Source of the DNA: Acidobacteriota bacterium
Lineage (GTDB): Bacteria > Acidobacteriota > UBA6911 > RPQK01 > JAJDTT01
NCBI GenBank assembly: GCA_965209055.1
Contig: OZ242374.1
Location: 224,001-288,000 of the forward strand
Direction: 5' to 3'
Length of the DNA: 64,000 bases
Made by a program: the position numbers and the translations under genes
Shown: positions 9,382-19,096 of the stretch, one piece after another
How positions within the stretch are numbered: position 1 is the first letter of the stretch
How the letters are laid out: each line of letters opens with the position of its first letter
The notes under the pieces: generated by a model
Seen by the model: the letters and a program-made list of their open reading frames with translations, nothing else
Database searches by the model: none
What the model was told of the DNA's origin: nothing

Positions 9382-9837
9382 ATGTCGGAACATCACGCGA
9401 CAGTGGAATGGGAAAGGGGCGCAGTCGAATTCGATTACCGGTCCTATTCCCGCGATCACACTTGGAAGTTCGAGGGTGGCGTTCGGGTCAGTGCGTCGTC
9501 GGCGCCCGAGTACCTGGGAAACGCGAACCTGGTCGATCCCGAAAAGGCATACGTTGCGGCGCTCGCGAGCTGTCACATGCTCACGTTTCTCGCGATTGCG
9601 GCTCGAAAGCGGCTGGTCGTGGATCGCTACCGGGATGCGGCGGTGGGGTTCCTGGAGAAGAACGCGGATGGAAAGTTGGCCGTGACCCGCGTGGTCCTGC
9701 GTCCCGAGGTCTCATTCGGTTCCGGGCCGCCATCGCCCGAAGGACTGGAGAAGATCCACGAACTTGCACACAAGGAGTGTTTCATCGCCAACTCCGTCCG
9801 CACTTCGGTCACGGTCGACGCCGGCCGGGGGAGCTGA
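9382..9837 (+). CDS. OsmC/Ohr family peroxiredoxin-like protein
   Basis: YSRDHTW, DPEKAYVAALASCHML and ECFIANSV (two Cys). Confidence 0.9.
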   Translation: MSEHHATVEWERGAVEFDYRSYSRDHTWKFEGGVRVSASSAPEYLGNANLVDPEKAYVAALASCHMLTFLAIAARKRLVVDRYRDAAVGFLEKNADGKLAVTRVVLRPEVSFGSGPPSPEGLEKIHELAHKECFIANSVRTSVTVDAGRGS

Positions 9838-9855
9838 CCGAGCCAAGGACGGCGT

Positions 9856-12204
9856 CTACAAGACGCTCGGCTTGGCCATGCCGTAGCCGATTTGGCGTTC
9901 GGTGAAGATGTAGGAGGGCTTTGCGGCATCATCGCCCAGCTTGCGGCGGAGATTCTTGACGATAGAGCGGATCGGCCGGAGATCCCCGGAGCGCCGCTGT
10001 CCCCACACGTGGCGGAACAAGGAATCGTACGTTACGACACCTCCCGCGTTGACCGAGAGCAACCGAAGCATCTCGTATTCGGTGGCCGTCAGCCTCAACT
10101 GGCGATCGGCCAGGGTCACCCGGCGTTCCTCGTAGTCGATGATCAGGTCCGCCAGCCGGAACGGCGCCTGCGGCTCGTCGTTTCGGCGCAAGGCCGCCCG
10201 GACTCTCGCCACCAGTTCCGTCCGCGAGAAGGGCTTGACGATGTAATCGGCGGCCCCGATGTCGAGGGCCCGGGCGATGGTCTCGTCCCTTCCGTAACCG
10301 GAGATGAAGATGACCGGGCGATCGGCCAACTCGGGAACGGACTCCATAAGCTCGATGCCATCGGTTCCGGGCAGCATCAAATCCAGCAGGACCAACTGGG
10401 GCCTCGCCGTCCTGATCAAGTCGGGCACCTCCCGCGGATCCCCCGTCACGTGCGAGGAATAACCGGCCGCCGCGAGCGTGTCTCGCACATACCGGAGCAT
10501 TTGCGGATCGTCGTCCACGACCAGGATGGACGCCGGCTCCCGGCCCGCGCGGGACGGACGGGAAACTCCCCGGCCGGACCGGGGCGCGTCGCCGGCCGCG
10601 GGTTCTTCCGCCACTGGAATCGTGAAGGTAAACCGCGAACCCAGCCCTACGCCGTCACTCTCGGCCTGGATCCGTCCCCCGTGAGCCTCCACCAGGCCCT
10701 TGCAGATGGCCAGCCCCAGACCGGATCCCCGGATCCCGCCGTCCCCCAGACGCACATGCTTCCGGAACAGGTGCGGCAGCAGGTCCGGCGGCACCCCCCG
10801 GCCTTCGTCCGAGACCGAAATCGCCACATGAACACCGTTCTGTACCGCTCCGATCCGGATGGGGGAGGACTCGGGCGAGTACCGGGCGGCATTGGACAAG
10901 AGGTTGTTCAGGATCTGGACGATGCGCTGCCGGTCGGCCATCACCTGGGGCAGGTCCAGGGGCAGGTCGATGTGGACGGTATGCCGGCCGCCGCCGCTCA
11001 AGAAGGTGCCCCTGGCCTTGTCCACGAGTCTGGCCATGTCCGAAGGTTCGGGGGAGACCGACAGCGTGCCCGTCTCGATATGCCCGGCATCCAGCAGGTC
11101 GCTGATCACTCCGAGCATGTGATCGGCCTGTTCGTCGATGATGCGGAAGAACTGGCGCGTCTCGGCCGGGGGCAACGTGGCGCCGAGCACGGCGGCGGCG
11201 GACCCCTTGATCGAGGTCAGCGGGGCCCGCAACTCGTGGCTTACCAAGCCCAGAAACTCCGCTCGCAATCGCTCTGTCTCCTTCAGCGACTCCAGGTCCT
11301 GCAGGGTGACCACCATGGACTCGATGGTGCCGTCCTCGGCCCGGATCGGCGTCGCGTTGACCAATGCCGTGAGGCTTCGGCCATCGGGGACATGGAGGAC
11401 GATCTCCTCGGCCCGGATCGGAGCGGTGTCGCTCAGCGTCTGCGCCAGTGGGAGTTTCTCCAGGGAAACCTCCTGCCCGTCGGCGCGCCGGCACTTGATG
11501 ATCTCCAGCAGTTGGTCGAATGGACAGCCCGGCGTGCGCAGGCCCTCCACAAGCCGCTTTGCCTCCCGATTGAATGAGACCGGCTTTATCGATTTGGCGT
11601 CGAAGACCACGACACCCACCGGTGAGGTGTTGATCAGGGCCTCCAGGTCGGCCCTGGCCCGCTGCTCGTCCCGGTAGGTTCGGGCGTTGGCGATGGCCAC
11701 TGCCGCCTGGGATGCGAACAGCACGAGTATCTCTTCGTCCTCGCTCGTAAATTTCCGTCTGCCTTTTCCCCCGATGAGGAAGAAGTTGCCGACATGGACG
11801 CCGCGATGGCGTATCGGGGTGCCCTGGACGGCCTTCGCCCACGGAAGCAAGTCGAAGGAAAAGCCCAGCGTACGGACAAAGGCGGTCGCGTCTCGCATCC
11901 TCACCGCTCCCGGGAGGTTCCGAAAGTACTCGAAGAGCCGCAGTCCGTCGGACCATTCCGACAACTTGCGATGTTCGTCCGAAGTCAAGCCGGAAGAGAC
12001 GAAGTCCTCGATCTGCCCCGAGTCGTCGACGGTCGCGATCAAGCCGCAGTCAGCTCCCGTCAACTCCCGGGCGCCTTGCACAATTTCGCGCAGCACGGTG
12101 TCGACATCGAGGCTTGCAGTGATGCGAACGCTGGCCGCGGTGAGCTGGGAGATGTTGTTCCGCAGCCGTTCTATCTCTTGTCTGAGTTCCTCGGGATTCC
12201 TCAA
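9856..12204 (-). CDS. Soluble hybrid sensor kinase/regulator: GAF-PAS-HisKA-HATPase-REC-OmpR wHTH
   Basis: SHELRAPL H-box, NLLSNAARYS, DEGRG, GSGLGL, VVDDD/LLDLMLPG/KPF receiver, LTATEYEML..LRRKLGDD wHTH; no transmembrane segment. Confidence 0.92.
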   Translation of the reverse strand: MRNPEELRQEIERLRNNISQLTAASVRITASLDVDTVLREIVQGARELTGADCGLIATVDDSGQIEDFVSSGLTSDEHRKLSEWSDGLRLFEYFRNLPGAVRMRDATAFVRTLGFSFDLLPWAKAVQGTPIRHRGVHVGNFFLIGGKGRRKFTSEDEEILVLFASQAAVAIANARTYRDEQRARADLEALINTSPVGVVVFDAKSIKPVSFNREAKRLVEGLRTPGCPFDQLLEIIKCRRADGQEVSLEKLPLAQTLSDTAPIRAEEIVLHVPDGRSLTALVNATPIRAEDGTIESMVVTLQDLESLKETERLRAEFLGLVSHELRAPLTSIKGSAAAVLGATLPPAETRQFFRIIDEQADHMLGVISDLLDAGHIETGTLSVSPEPSDMARLVDKARGTFLSGGGRHTVHIDLPLDLPQVMADRQRIVQILNNLLSNAARYSPESSPIRIGAVQNGVHVAISVSDEGRGVPPDLLPHLFRKHVRLGDGGIRGSGLGLAICKGLVEAHGGRIQAESDGVGLGSRFTFTIPVAEEPAAGDAPRSGRGVSRPSRAGREPASILVVDDDPQMLRYVRDTLAAAGYSSHVTGDPREVPDLIRTARPQLVLLDLMLPGTDGIELMESVPELADRPVIFISGYGRDETIARALDIGAADYIVKPFSRTELVARVRAALRRNDEPQAPFRLADLIIDYEERRVTLADRQLRLTATEYEMLRLLSVNAGGVVTYDSLFRHVWGQRRSGDLRPIRSIVKNLRRKLGDDAAKPSYIFTERQIGYGMAKPSVL

Positions 12205-12333
12205 TTGCCAAACCTCACCGAATCAAAAAGCGAGACCCGATTCAGCGGTGGCAATCGTCGGCTTGGAGCAGGAAGCGGGCTCAAGAAGTATCGGGCCTCA
12301 TCAGCACTCAATATATCCCCATGCCGAAAGAAG

Positions 12334-12392
12334 TCACCATATATTCACCAAATAATCACCAGAATCGATGCTGATCTCACCCTGAAATCACT
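12334..12392. promoter_or_regulatory. Tandem 11-bp-period TCACC direct repeats, putative OmpR/PhoB-type binding array
   Basis: TCACC at 12334, 12345, 12356 and 12377; TCACT at 12388; AT-rich spacers. Confidence 0.6.
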
Positions 12393-12540
12393 CTTGGTTT
12401 CTGAATTCGCTTGCGACCTGCCGTTCCTCAGGTTGGGTGTTCGGCCACGATTGACCCTATAGTCCGTGGTGAGGCCCCGACGCCTCCGGGTCGGGCGAAG
12501 TCTTCCAGGATCTCCCGGCCTCGCTGTGCGCTTCGCGTTC

Positions 12541-13059
12541 TCACCCGAGGGCCGTGTTGCAGTTCTCATCCCCGATGGATAAGAAAGCGGACGCATGTTC
12601 GATCCGCGTTCCTTGCAGGCCGCCCCCGGAAAGAGCGAGGCCCATCAGGCCCGGCCCGGCGTATCGGCACGACATGCCCAGCACAGCCTCCCGGCTGAAC
12701 CCGAAGCGCCGGTAATAGGAAGGATCGCCAAGCACGACGACTGCCTCCCAGCCCTCCGTCCTTGCCCGTACAAGTCCGTCCTCGATCATCCTGGCGGCAA
12801 TTCCCCGGCGGCGGCGGTTCGCCGCTACGGCGACCGGCGCCAGGGAAAGCGCTCCATCCGGTGCGCGCAGTCGAGAGAATAGGGCATGGCCGATGACTTC
12901 CGACGCCGCCACGGCGACCAGCGAGAACATGACATCGCCATCCCTGCGGAGTTGCTCGACGAGCCTGGCTTCCCAGGACGTGGGGAAAGCCGCCAGCAGA
13001 AGCCTTGCGATGCCCTCCCGGTCGCCGTCCGTTTCAGGCCGGATGAGAAAATCGGTCAT
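12541..13059 (-). CDS. GNAT N-acetyltransferase (YhbS-like)
   Basis: IRPETDGD, LAPVAVAANRRRRGIA, VVVLGDPSYYRRFGF; start trimmed to MTDFLIRPE. Confidence 0.88.
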   Translation of the reverse strand: MTDFLIRPETDGDREGIARLLLAAFPTSWEARLVEQLRRDGDVMFSLVAVAASEVIGHALFSRLRAPDGALSLAPVAVAANRRRRGIAARMIEDGLVRARTEGWEAVVVLGDPSYYRRFGFSREAVLGMSCRYAGPGLMGLALSGGGLQGTRIEHASAFLSIGDENCNTALG

Positions 13060-13117
13060 GGCGCTGGATTTGTTGCGGTCGGAGAGAGAAGGTGACCGTC
13101 CCCTTTTCCCGCTCGCT

Positions 13118-14212
13118 TCAGGCCGTTTCCGGGCCGATCCGTTTTCCGGTCGCGGCATCGAAGAAAAAGAGGTGTTCCGGGATAACGGAAACGGAAATGA
13201 TCTCGCCGACCCGGATCGAGGAATCGGGAGGCGCGGCGACGCTAAGCCGCTGTCCTCCGTTGGCAGAGCCGTAGATGAATTTCTGGCCTCCCCGGTTTTC
13301 CACCAACTCGGTCCGCAGCCGGATGTGCCCGGTGGGGGAGATTCGCGCCGCCTCGGGACGGAAGCCAAGGACGACGGGCATGTTCTCTTCACGGGCCGGC
13401 TGGCACTGGTTCAGGTGGGGCAGGGTCACGGAGAACTCACCCCGAAAGTGCCAGGCGCCGTCTTCATGCAACAGATCCGCGGGGAAGAGATTCATGGGCG
13501 GGGAGCCTACGAACCCGGCCACGAACAGGTTTGCGGGTCTGCCGTAAATCTCCTCCGGCGTCCCCGTCTGCTGCAGCGTCCCGTCCTTCATCACGGCGAT
13601 GACGTCCGCCAGCATCATTGCCTCCACCTGGTCGTGGGTGACCAGGATGAAGGTGCCGTTCAATTGCCTTTGCAGCTTCAAGAGCTCGACTCGGGTCTCG
13701 GTCCGAAGCTGCGCATCCAGGTTGGACAGTGGTTCGTCCAGCAGGAACACCGCCGGCTCGCGCACGATGGCCCGGCCCAGCGCCACCCGTTGCTTCTGGC
13801 CCCCGGAAAGCTGGCTCGGGTAGCGTTCCAACAACTCTTCCAATCCCAGGAGCCGGGCCGCGGTCCGGACCCGGTCCCGGATCTCGGCGGCGGGTACGCG
13901 GCGCATCTTCAAGCCGAATCCCATGTTTTGAGCGACGCTCATGTGGGGGTAGAGGGCATAGGACTGGAACACCATGGCCAGATCCCGCTTTTGGGGAGGG
14001 AGGTGGTTGACGACCTCGCCGCCGATGAGAATCTCGCCCTGGTCCGGTTCCTCCAGCCCCGCGATGAGGCGCAGCGTCGTGGATTTTCCGCAGCCGGAAG
14101 GCCCCAGGAGGACCGCGAACTGCCCGTGCTCCACTTGCAGCGTCAGGTCCGACACCGCAAGTACGTTTCCCGAGAAGGTCTTGGTGACCCCCTTCAGTCC
14201 GACGTCAGCCAA
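13118..14212 (-). CDS. Carbohydrate ABC transporter ATP-binding subunit (MalK/UgpC-like)
   Basis: GPSGCGKST, VFQSYALYPHM, LSGGQKQR, LLDEPLSNLDA. Confidence 0.95.
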   Translation of the reverse strand: MADVGLKGVTKTFSGNVLAVSDLTLQVEHGQFAVLLGPSGCGKSTTLRLIAGLEEPDQGEILIGGEVVNHLPPQKRDLAMVFQSYALYPHMSVAQNMGFGLKMRRVPAAEIRDRVRTAARLLGLEELLERYPSQLSGGQKQRVALGRAIVREPAVFLLDEPLSNLDAQLRTETRVELLKLQRQLNGTFILVTHDQVEAMMLADVIAVMKDGTLQQTGTPEEIYGRPANLFVAGFVGSPPMNLFPADLLHEDGAWHFRGEFSVTLPHLNQCQPAREENMPVVLGFRPEAARISPTGHIRLRTELVENRGGQKFIYGSANGGQRLSVAAPPDSSIRVGEIISVSVIPEHLFFFDAATGKRIGPETA

Positions 14213-14227
14213 GGGTCGAGCCCTCCT

Positions 14228-15127
14228 TCATCCCTTCACTCCCGACCTCAGGAATCCCGACACCAGGTAACGCTGAAAGAACCCGAAGAGGAGGACGCTG
14301 GGAAGACTGACGATGGAGGATGCGGCCATCAGTTGGGCCCAGGTCGACTCGCCCAGGAACCGCCCGGTGAAGTAGGCGTGCACACCCACCGGGGCAGTAT
14401 ACGCCGCGGCTTCGTCCATGATCACCAGGGCGAACAGGAAGTCGTTCCAGGAAAGGATGAAGGCATAGGAACCTGCGGCCAGCAGACCCGGGATCGACAA
14501 GGGGAGGACGATGTGCCGGAGGACCTGAAGCAGGTTGGCTCCATCCACGTACCCCGCCTCCTCCAGGTCGGGGGGAATGGACCGGTAGAAGTCGCGCAGG
14601 ACCCAGGTCGCGAAGGGGATGGTGAAGGTGGCGTGGACCAGGATCAGGCCGGCGTAGGAGTTGTTCAGGTCCAGTTTCACCAGGATCAGAAAAAGCGGCA
14701 CCACGATGATGATCGACGGCACGGCGTAGCTGATCATGCTGAACCACTGCACGGCAGCCTTGCCGCGAAAAGCGAGACGGCTCAGGGCGAAGGCCGCCGG
14801 CGCCGAGACCAACAGCGACAACACGGTTGTCGAAGCCGCCACCAGCAGGCTGTTCCCCACCCAACTGAAGAGATCGGTTCGGCCCAGAGCCAGGCGATAG
14901 CTGGAGAGGTCCAGGCTTCGCGGCAGGGCATCCCGTAAATCCAACGTCAGGAAGTTTTGGGGGTCCCGGAATGACGAGAGAACGATCCAGAGGAACGGGA
15001 AGAGGATCGCCAGAGTCGCGGCCAGCGCCAGGAGCGCCAACATTCGGGACCGCCGCCGTGCGGAGGTGGTGGGTGTGATCGGGCGTCCGGCATCCGAGTC
15101 GAAGACTTTTCGGGGAACCGTGCCCAT
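14228..15127 (-). CDS. Carbohydrate ABC transporter permease (MalG-like)
   Basis: EAA motif IPPDLEEAGYVDGA, FILSWNDF, multiple TM helices. Confidence 0.93.
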   Translation of the reverse strand: MGTVPRKVFDSDAGRPITPTTSARRRSRMLALLALAATLAILFPFLWIVLSSFRDPQNFLTLDLRDALPRSLDLSSYRLALGRTDLFSWVGNSLLVAASTTVLSLLVSAPAAFALSRLAFRGKAAVQWFSMISYAVPSIIIVVPLFLILVKLDLNNSYAGLILVHATFTIPFATWVLRDFYRSIPPDLEEAGYVDGANLLQVLRHIVLPLSIPGLLAAGSYAFILSWNDFLFALVIMDEAAAYTAPVGVHAYFTGRFLGESTWAQLMAASSIVSLPSVLLFGFFQRYLVSGFLRSGVKG

Positions 15128-16011
15128 CAGGTTTTCCTCGCCTCCCTGTCGAGCGAACTCCACCCCAGCACGGCCAGCGCCAGCAGGCCGGCAGCGAAGA
15201 TGGAGACGCCCGCCACCGCCGCCCGGGCCGTATCCAGAGCCTTGAACTCCTGGTAGTAGAGCAGCAGGGGAAGCGTCGTGGTCTCACCCGCCGGTCCGCC
15301 GCCGGTCAGCAGGAAGGTGATGTCGAAGAGGGAAAAGTTGTAGATGCCCGAGAGCACCGCCGCCAGGGCGATGGAGGGCTTGAGATGGGGCAGGATCACA
15401 TGGGTGAACTGAGCCATCCGGCCGGCGCCGTCCACCCGGGCCGCTTCCATCAGTTCGGGCGGGAGCGATTGGAGAGCGGACAGAATGATGACGAAGACCA
15501 ACGGCAGACCCTTCCAGGCGTGGGCGATGGTCACGCTGGGCAGCGCCAGCGCCGGAGAACCCAGAAACGCGACGGGAGCCTCCAGCAGCCCGAGTCCGAG
15601 TCCCAACTGGTTGAAAAGCCCGTAGTTGGTGTTGGCCAACCACAGGAACGCGGCGGCCACGGCAATGGTGGGAACCGCCCACGGCAGCATCAGCGCCGTC
15701 CGGCAGAACCCGCGGGCCGGGATCGCCTGATTGAGCAGGAGCGCTGCCGGAATGGCGATTACGAGTTCCAGAAGAACCGACCCCACGCCGATGTAGAGGC
15801 TGTGCTTGAAGGCTTCAAAGAACGCGGGGTCCAGGATCCAACGGTAACCGGCGAGAGTCGGACCCGTACCTGCTTCGGGCGAGAGACTCCACCACACCGC
15901 CGTGACGAAGGGGAACACGACCCCCAGCGCCAGCAACAGCATGGCGGGAATCGTCAGAACCACCCCGGCGATCTGTACGTAGACGCTGTGCTTCAAGTTT
16001 GCAGCCCGCAT
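15127..16011 (-). CDS. Carbohydrate ABC transporter permease (MalF-like)
   Basis: LPPELMEAARVDGA, LLTGGGP; start trimmed to MRAANLK. Confidence 0.92.
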   Translation of the reverse strand: MRAANLKHSVYVQIAGVVLTIPAMLLLALGVVFPFVTAVWWSLSPEAGTGPTLAGYRWILDPAFFEAFKHSLYIGVGSVLLELVIAIPAALLLNQAIPARGFCRTALMLPWAVPTIAVAAAFLWLANTNYGLFNQLGLGLGLLEAPVAFLGSPALALPSVTIAHAWKGLPLVFVIILSALQSLPPELMEAARVDGAGRMAQFTHVILPHLKPSIALAAVLSGIYNFSLFDITFLLTGGGPAGETTTLPLLLYYQEFKALDTARAAVAGVSIFAAGLLALAVLGWSSLDREARKT

Positions 16012-16025
16012 CCGGGATCCGAAAC

Positions 16026-17342
16026 TCAGGCAAGTGCTTTCCGCAGCACCGAGTCGGCCCACTCCAGGACCTCCTCGGGACTCTGGTCGAAGACCACCAG
16101 CCGGTCTCCGATCTGTTTTTCGATATCGGTGGCGATCAGGACCCTGGAGTGCCGGGAAGGCCCGAAATACCCCGTGGAGACAATCCCGGTCTCCTGCGAG
16201 ATCCGGCCCACTTCCAGGTACTCTCTCACCGCCGCGATCCGGGGGTGATTCAGGTACCGGTCGGTCCAGGCGTCCTCGAGCATGGGAACCCATCCCACCA
16301 CGGTCCGGGTCAGAAACTCCTGGAAGTTTTCCGGCTCCAGGAGGAAACCGATCATGTCCTTGGCCAGTTCGGGTTGTTTCGACCGGGCCGGCAGCGCGAG
16401 CGCATTGAAATCGAGGGACGCCCCCCTGGCCCCGGGTTGGATGGGGTAGGCGAACGCCCCCTGACGGGTCAGGTCCTCGGGGCCGAAGTCGGCGGCGAAG
16501 CTGGTGGTCGTGAACATGTGGGCGACTCGGCCGTCCAGCATCAGCTCCCGGCTCTCCAGGTCGCCCTGGGCCATGGACCCGGGCGGGGAATATTTCCCCA
16601 GCTTCTTGTAGAAGGCCCATGCCCTCAGGGTTTCGGGCCGGTCCAAAGCCAGGTTGTCCTCGGCGTCGAAGAAGTAGGCGCCATGGGTCCACATGGCCGT
16701 CTTGAGATTGAAGGTGTCTGCGATGTACTGGTTCGTCAGCAGATAGCCGTAACGGCCGGGCGGATCGTGCAGGGCGGCGACGTTTTCCAGCAGCTCCTCG
16801 TGCGTCTCGGGGGGACGGAGTCCCTTCGCGGCGTAGAGGTCCTTTCGGCAGTAGACGAAGAACGGGAAGCCGACGAAGGGAACGGAGTAGTAGGTCCCGT
16901 CCACCCGGATTCCGTCCAGAACCTGCCGCGGATAGCGGTCCGGACCGATCCGGGACATGAGGTCGTTGAGAGGGCGGACCAGACCTTCGAGGCCGTAGGC
17001 GTAGAGGTTCTGATTGTAGGTCCAGAGGATGTCCGGGACGCTGGTCCCGGCGCGGTGCGCGGCCTTGAGCTTGACCGTGTCCTCATCGTAGGGGACCGTG
17101 AGTTGCTCCACCCGAAGCTGAGGATTGGCGGCCATGAAGGCGTCATGCCACCACCTCTCCGAGGCCAGCGCCGCGTCCCGGGTGTCCGGACTCCAGGTTC
17201 GGAGGGTGAGACGGTCCGGGTCGCCGTCGGGCGCACCGCCCGGTCCGCAACCGCCCACGAACGGGAACGCCGCCGGCGTTCCCGCGATCATGGCCCCTCG
17301 TCTGAGCAGTTCGCGCCGTGAAATTCGCAGGCTGGACCCCAT
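16026..17342 (-). CDS. Sugar ABC transporter substrate-binding protein, Tat lipoprotein
   Basis: SRRELLRRG twin-arginine motif, FVGGC lipobox-like, SBP family 1 motifs (VPDIL, GLRPPETHEEL). Confidence 0.88.
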   Translation of the reverse strand: MGSSLRISRRELLRRGAMIAGTPAAFPFVGGCGPGGAPDGDPDRLTLRTWSPDTRDAALASERWWHDAFMAANPQLRVEQLTVPYDEDTVKLKAAHRAGTSVPDILWTYNQNLYAYGLEGLVRPLNDLMSRIGPDRYPRQVLDGIRVDGTYYSVPFVGFPFFVYCRKDLYAAKGLRPPETHEELLENVAALHDPPGRYGYLLTNQYIADTFNLKTAMWTHGAYFFDAEDNLALDRPETLRAWAFYKKLGKYSPPGSMAQGDLESRELMLDGRVAHMFTTTSFAADFGPEDLTRQGAFAYPIQPGARGASLDFNALALPARSKQPELAKDMIGFLLEPENFQEFLTRTVVGWVPMLEDAWTDRYLNHPRIAAVREYLEVGRISQETGIVSTGYFGPSRHSRVLIATDIEKQIGDRLVVFDQSPEEVLEWADSVLRKALA

Positions 17343-17573
17343 TCCCGGTCCTCCAGTGAGGCGGGCCGTTTCTTGGTTCACCAGTATTGCAGATCGGAAT
17401 CCCCCAAGCCGGGAAATTGGAGCGAGGCCTACAGCCGCCGAACTCCCAGAGTACGACCGACCTCCCAATGGAGTGGCGGACAGCGGGCGCGGGCAACCGA
17501 AACACGGTCGTTTTCCCTTTTTCAGGCATTTTTCAGGCAGTGTTTACTGTCCACTGACAATTCCGGCCCAGAT

Positions 17574-17591
17574 TTTACTATTTATAGTAAA
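17574..17591. promoter_or_regulatory. AT-rich palindromic operator between divergent transporters
   Basis: TTTACTAT-TT-ATAGTAAA, a perfect 8-bp inverted repeat in a low-GC intergenic region. Confidence 0.55.
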
Positions 17592-17727
17592 TCACGTCGA
17601 TTCCTTTTTTTTCTTTCCTCCTTCCTCCATGTAGACTCCTAACCAATGGGACCGTCCGCATTGTGCGGCGGCGGTCGTAAGCCCAACCCCTCCCCCTCCC
17701 GGGCGAGTCTGAAAGCAGGTGTTTGAA

Positions 17728-18801
17728 ATGTTCGGTGACTCCGCCCATATCGTTTTCGGCATTGCCCTGATCTCTCTGGGCGCCTTCATTGACGGCGGGC
17801 TCGGACTGGGCCTGAAGTGGATTCGGGTCTGGCGATGGGAACACCTCTGGATGGTCTACTCCGTCATCTCCTTCTGCTTCATGCCCTGGATCCTGAGCTT
17901 CGTGACGGTCAACGATCTCATGGGCGTCCTGGCGGCGGCATCCGGACTCGATATCTTCCGGGTCTTCATCTTCGGTTTCGGTTTCGGTTTCGGAGCTGTT
18001 TTTTTCGGCCTCGCTCTGAAGATGGCGGGCATGGGTCTCAGTTACGCCATTGCCACCGGATTGGGGGCGGCGGTCGGATCCATATCCCCCCTGGTGCTGC
18101 TCCACCGGGAACAACTCTTCACCATGCAGGGACGGATCATCATGGGCGGGGTATTGGTGGCGGTGGTGGGAGTCGTGTTCTGTTCCTGGGCCGGCCACCT
18201 CAAGGACAAATCAGCGGCCCCGGCGGAGGCCGCCCCGGCGAGCGGAGAGGTCAAGCAGTGGCGGCTCGACATTCACGTCAAGTACGGCGTGATCGCCGCC
18301 GTTCTTTCGGGTCTCCTCAACCCCATGATCAATCTGAGTTTCGCCTATGGGGCTCCTCTGGCCGAGCTGGCCGAGCAGCGGGGCACGCTCCCCTTTCTGG
18401 CCCTCAACGTGATCTGGGCCATCGGGATGACGGCCGGCTCGCTGGTCAACGCCGCCTACTGCGCCTACGTCATCACCAAGAAGAAGACCTGGGGTCTGTT
18501 CCTGCCTCCCTCCCGGGACTACGTCATCGGCCTGGGCATGGGGTTGCTGGGACCCATGGGGCTGCTGCTCTACGGGGTCGGCACCTGGAAAATCGGCAAT
18601 CTGGGCGAAGTGATCGGATTCCCCATGCTCTCCTCTATGGGAATCCTGAGCGCCAATCTCTGGGGGGCGGTCAGCGGAGAATGGGCCGGCAGCGGCAGGA
18701 GACCGCTGGGGGTCATGGCCATTGCCGTCGTGATCCTGATCTCCGCGATGTTCATCCTGGGGTGGAGCGGCCACTTGGCCGAAGCCTGGGGCCGCCCTTA
18801 G
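17728..18801 (+). CDS. rhaT: L-rhamnose/proton symporter RhaT family protein
   Basis: WRWEHLWMVYS, GMGLSYAIATG, ANLWGAVSGEW; about 10 TM helices. Confidence 0.75.
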   Translation: MFGDSAHIVFGIALISLGAFIDGGLGLGLKWIRVWRWEHLWMVYSVISFCFMPWILSFVTVNDLMGVLAAASGLDIFRVFIFGFGFGFGAVFFGLALKMAGMGLSYAIATGLGAAVGSISPLVLLHREQLFTMQGRIIMGGVLVAVVGVVFCSWAGHLKDKSAAPAEAAPASGEVKQWRLDIHVKYGVIAAVLSGLLNPMINLSFAYGAPLAELAEQRGTLPFLALNVIWAIGMTAGSLVNAAYCAYVITKKKTWGLFLPPSRDYVIGLGMGLLGPMGLLLYGVGTWKIGNLGEVIGFPMLSSMGILSANLWGAVSGEWAGSGRRPLGVMAIAVVILISAMFILGWSGHLAEAWGRP

Positions 18802-19076
18802 CCCGCATTACTCACCAGGTCGCTACGCGTATTATGAAAAAGGACCTGTTTTTGAGCAATTTCGCGAATATTTCCAAGGTTTCTCCGGGACAGACAGCGC
18901 TGGGCGCGCGCTCGCTGGTCCTTTCACCCTCAGCGCGCACATGCTCCCTCAAACGTAGTCACCACTACGCTCTCGGTCGCGAGCACGCGGGGATGATGAA
19001 GAGTCGGCGGCTAGAAGCCGCCGCTCCGGCGAAAATCCTGCGCGATCGTCACGCCCCCTGGTGAGAAATGCGGGCT
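18800..19076. mobile_element. MITE (~277 bp) with 20-bp terminal inverted repeats
   Basis: AGCCCGCATTACTCACCAGG (18800-18819) vs CCTGGTGAGAAATGCGGGCT (19057-19076) match 19/20 as inverted repeats; no transposase; internal hairpins. Confidence 0.8.
18998..19027. repeat. REP-like palindromic repeat, copy 2 (inside the MITE)
   Basis: GAAGAGTCGGCGGCTAGAAGCCGCCGCTCC, near-identical to 5965-5994. Confidence 0.7.
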
Positions 19077-19096
19077 TGAGTGGATGCGACAGGAGG

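Noticed and set aside
5934-9905. 1323-aa plus-strand ORF, and similar long antisense ORFs (e.g. 2596-4431, 12893-14938, 33684-35516, 43189-45618, 52115-54001)
   Set aside because: Shadow frames of well-supported genes in high-GC DNA; no recognisable motifs
18834-19064. Short ORF (MKKDLFLSNF...) inside the MITE as a transposase or peptide
   Set aside because: No DDE or HUH motif; it runs across hairpins and into the TIR; likely incidental
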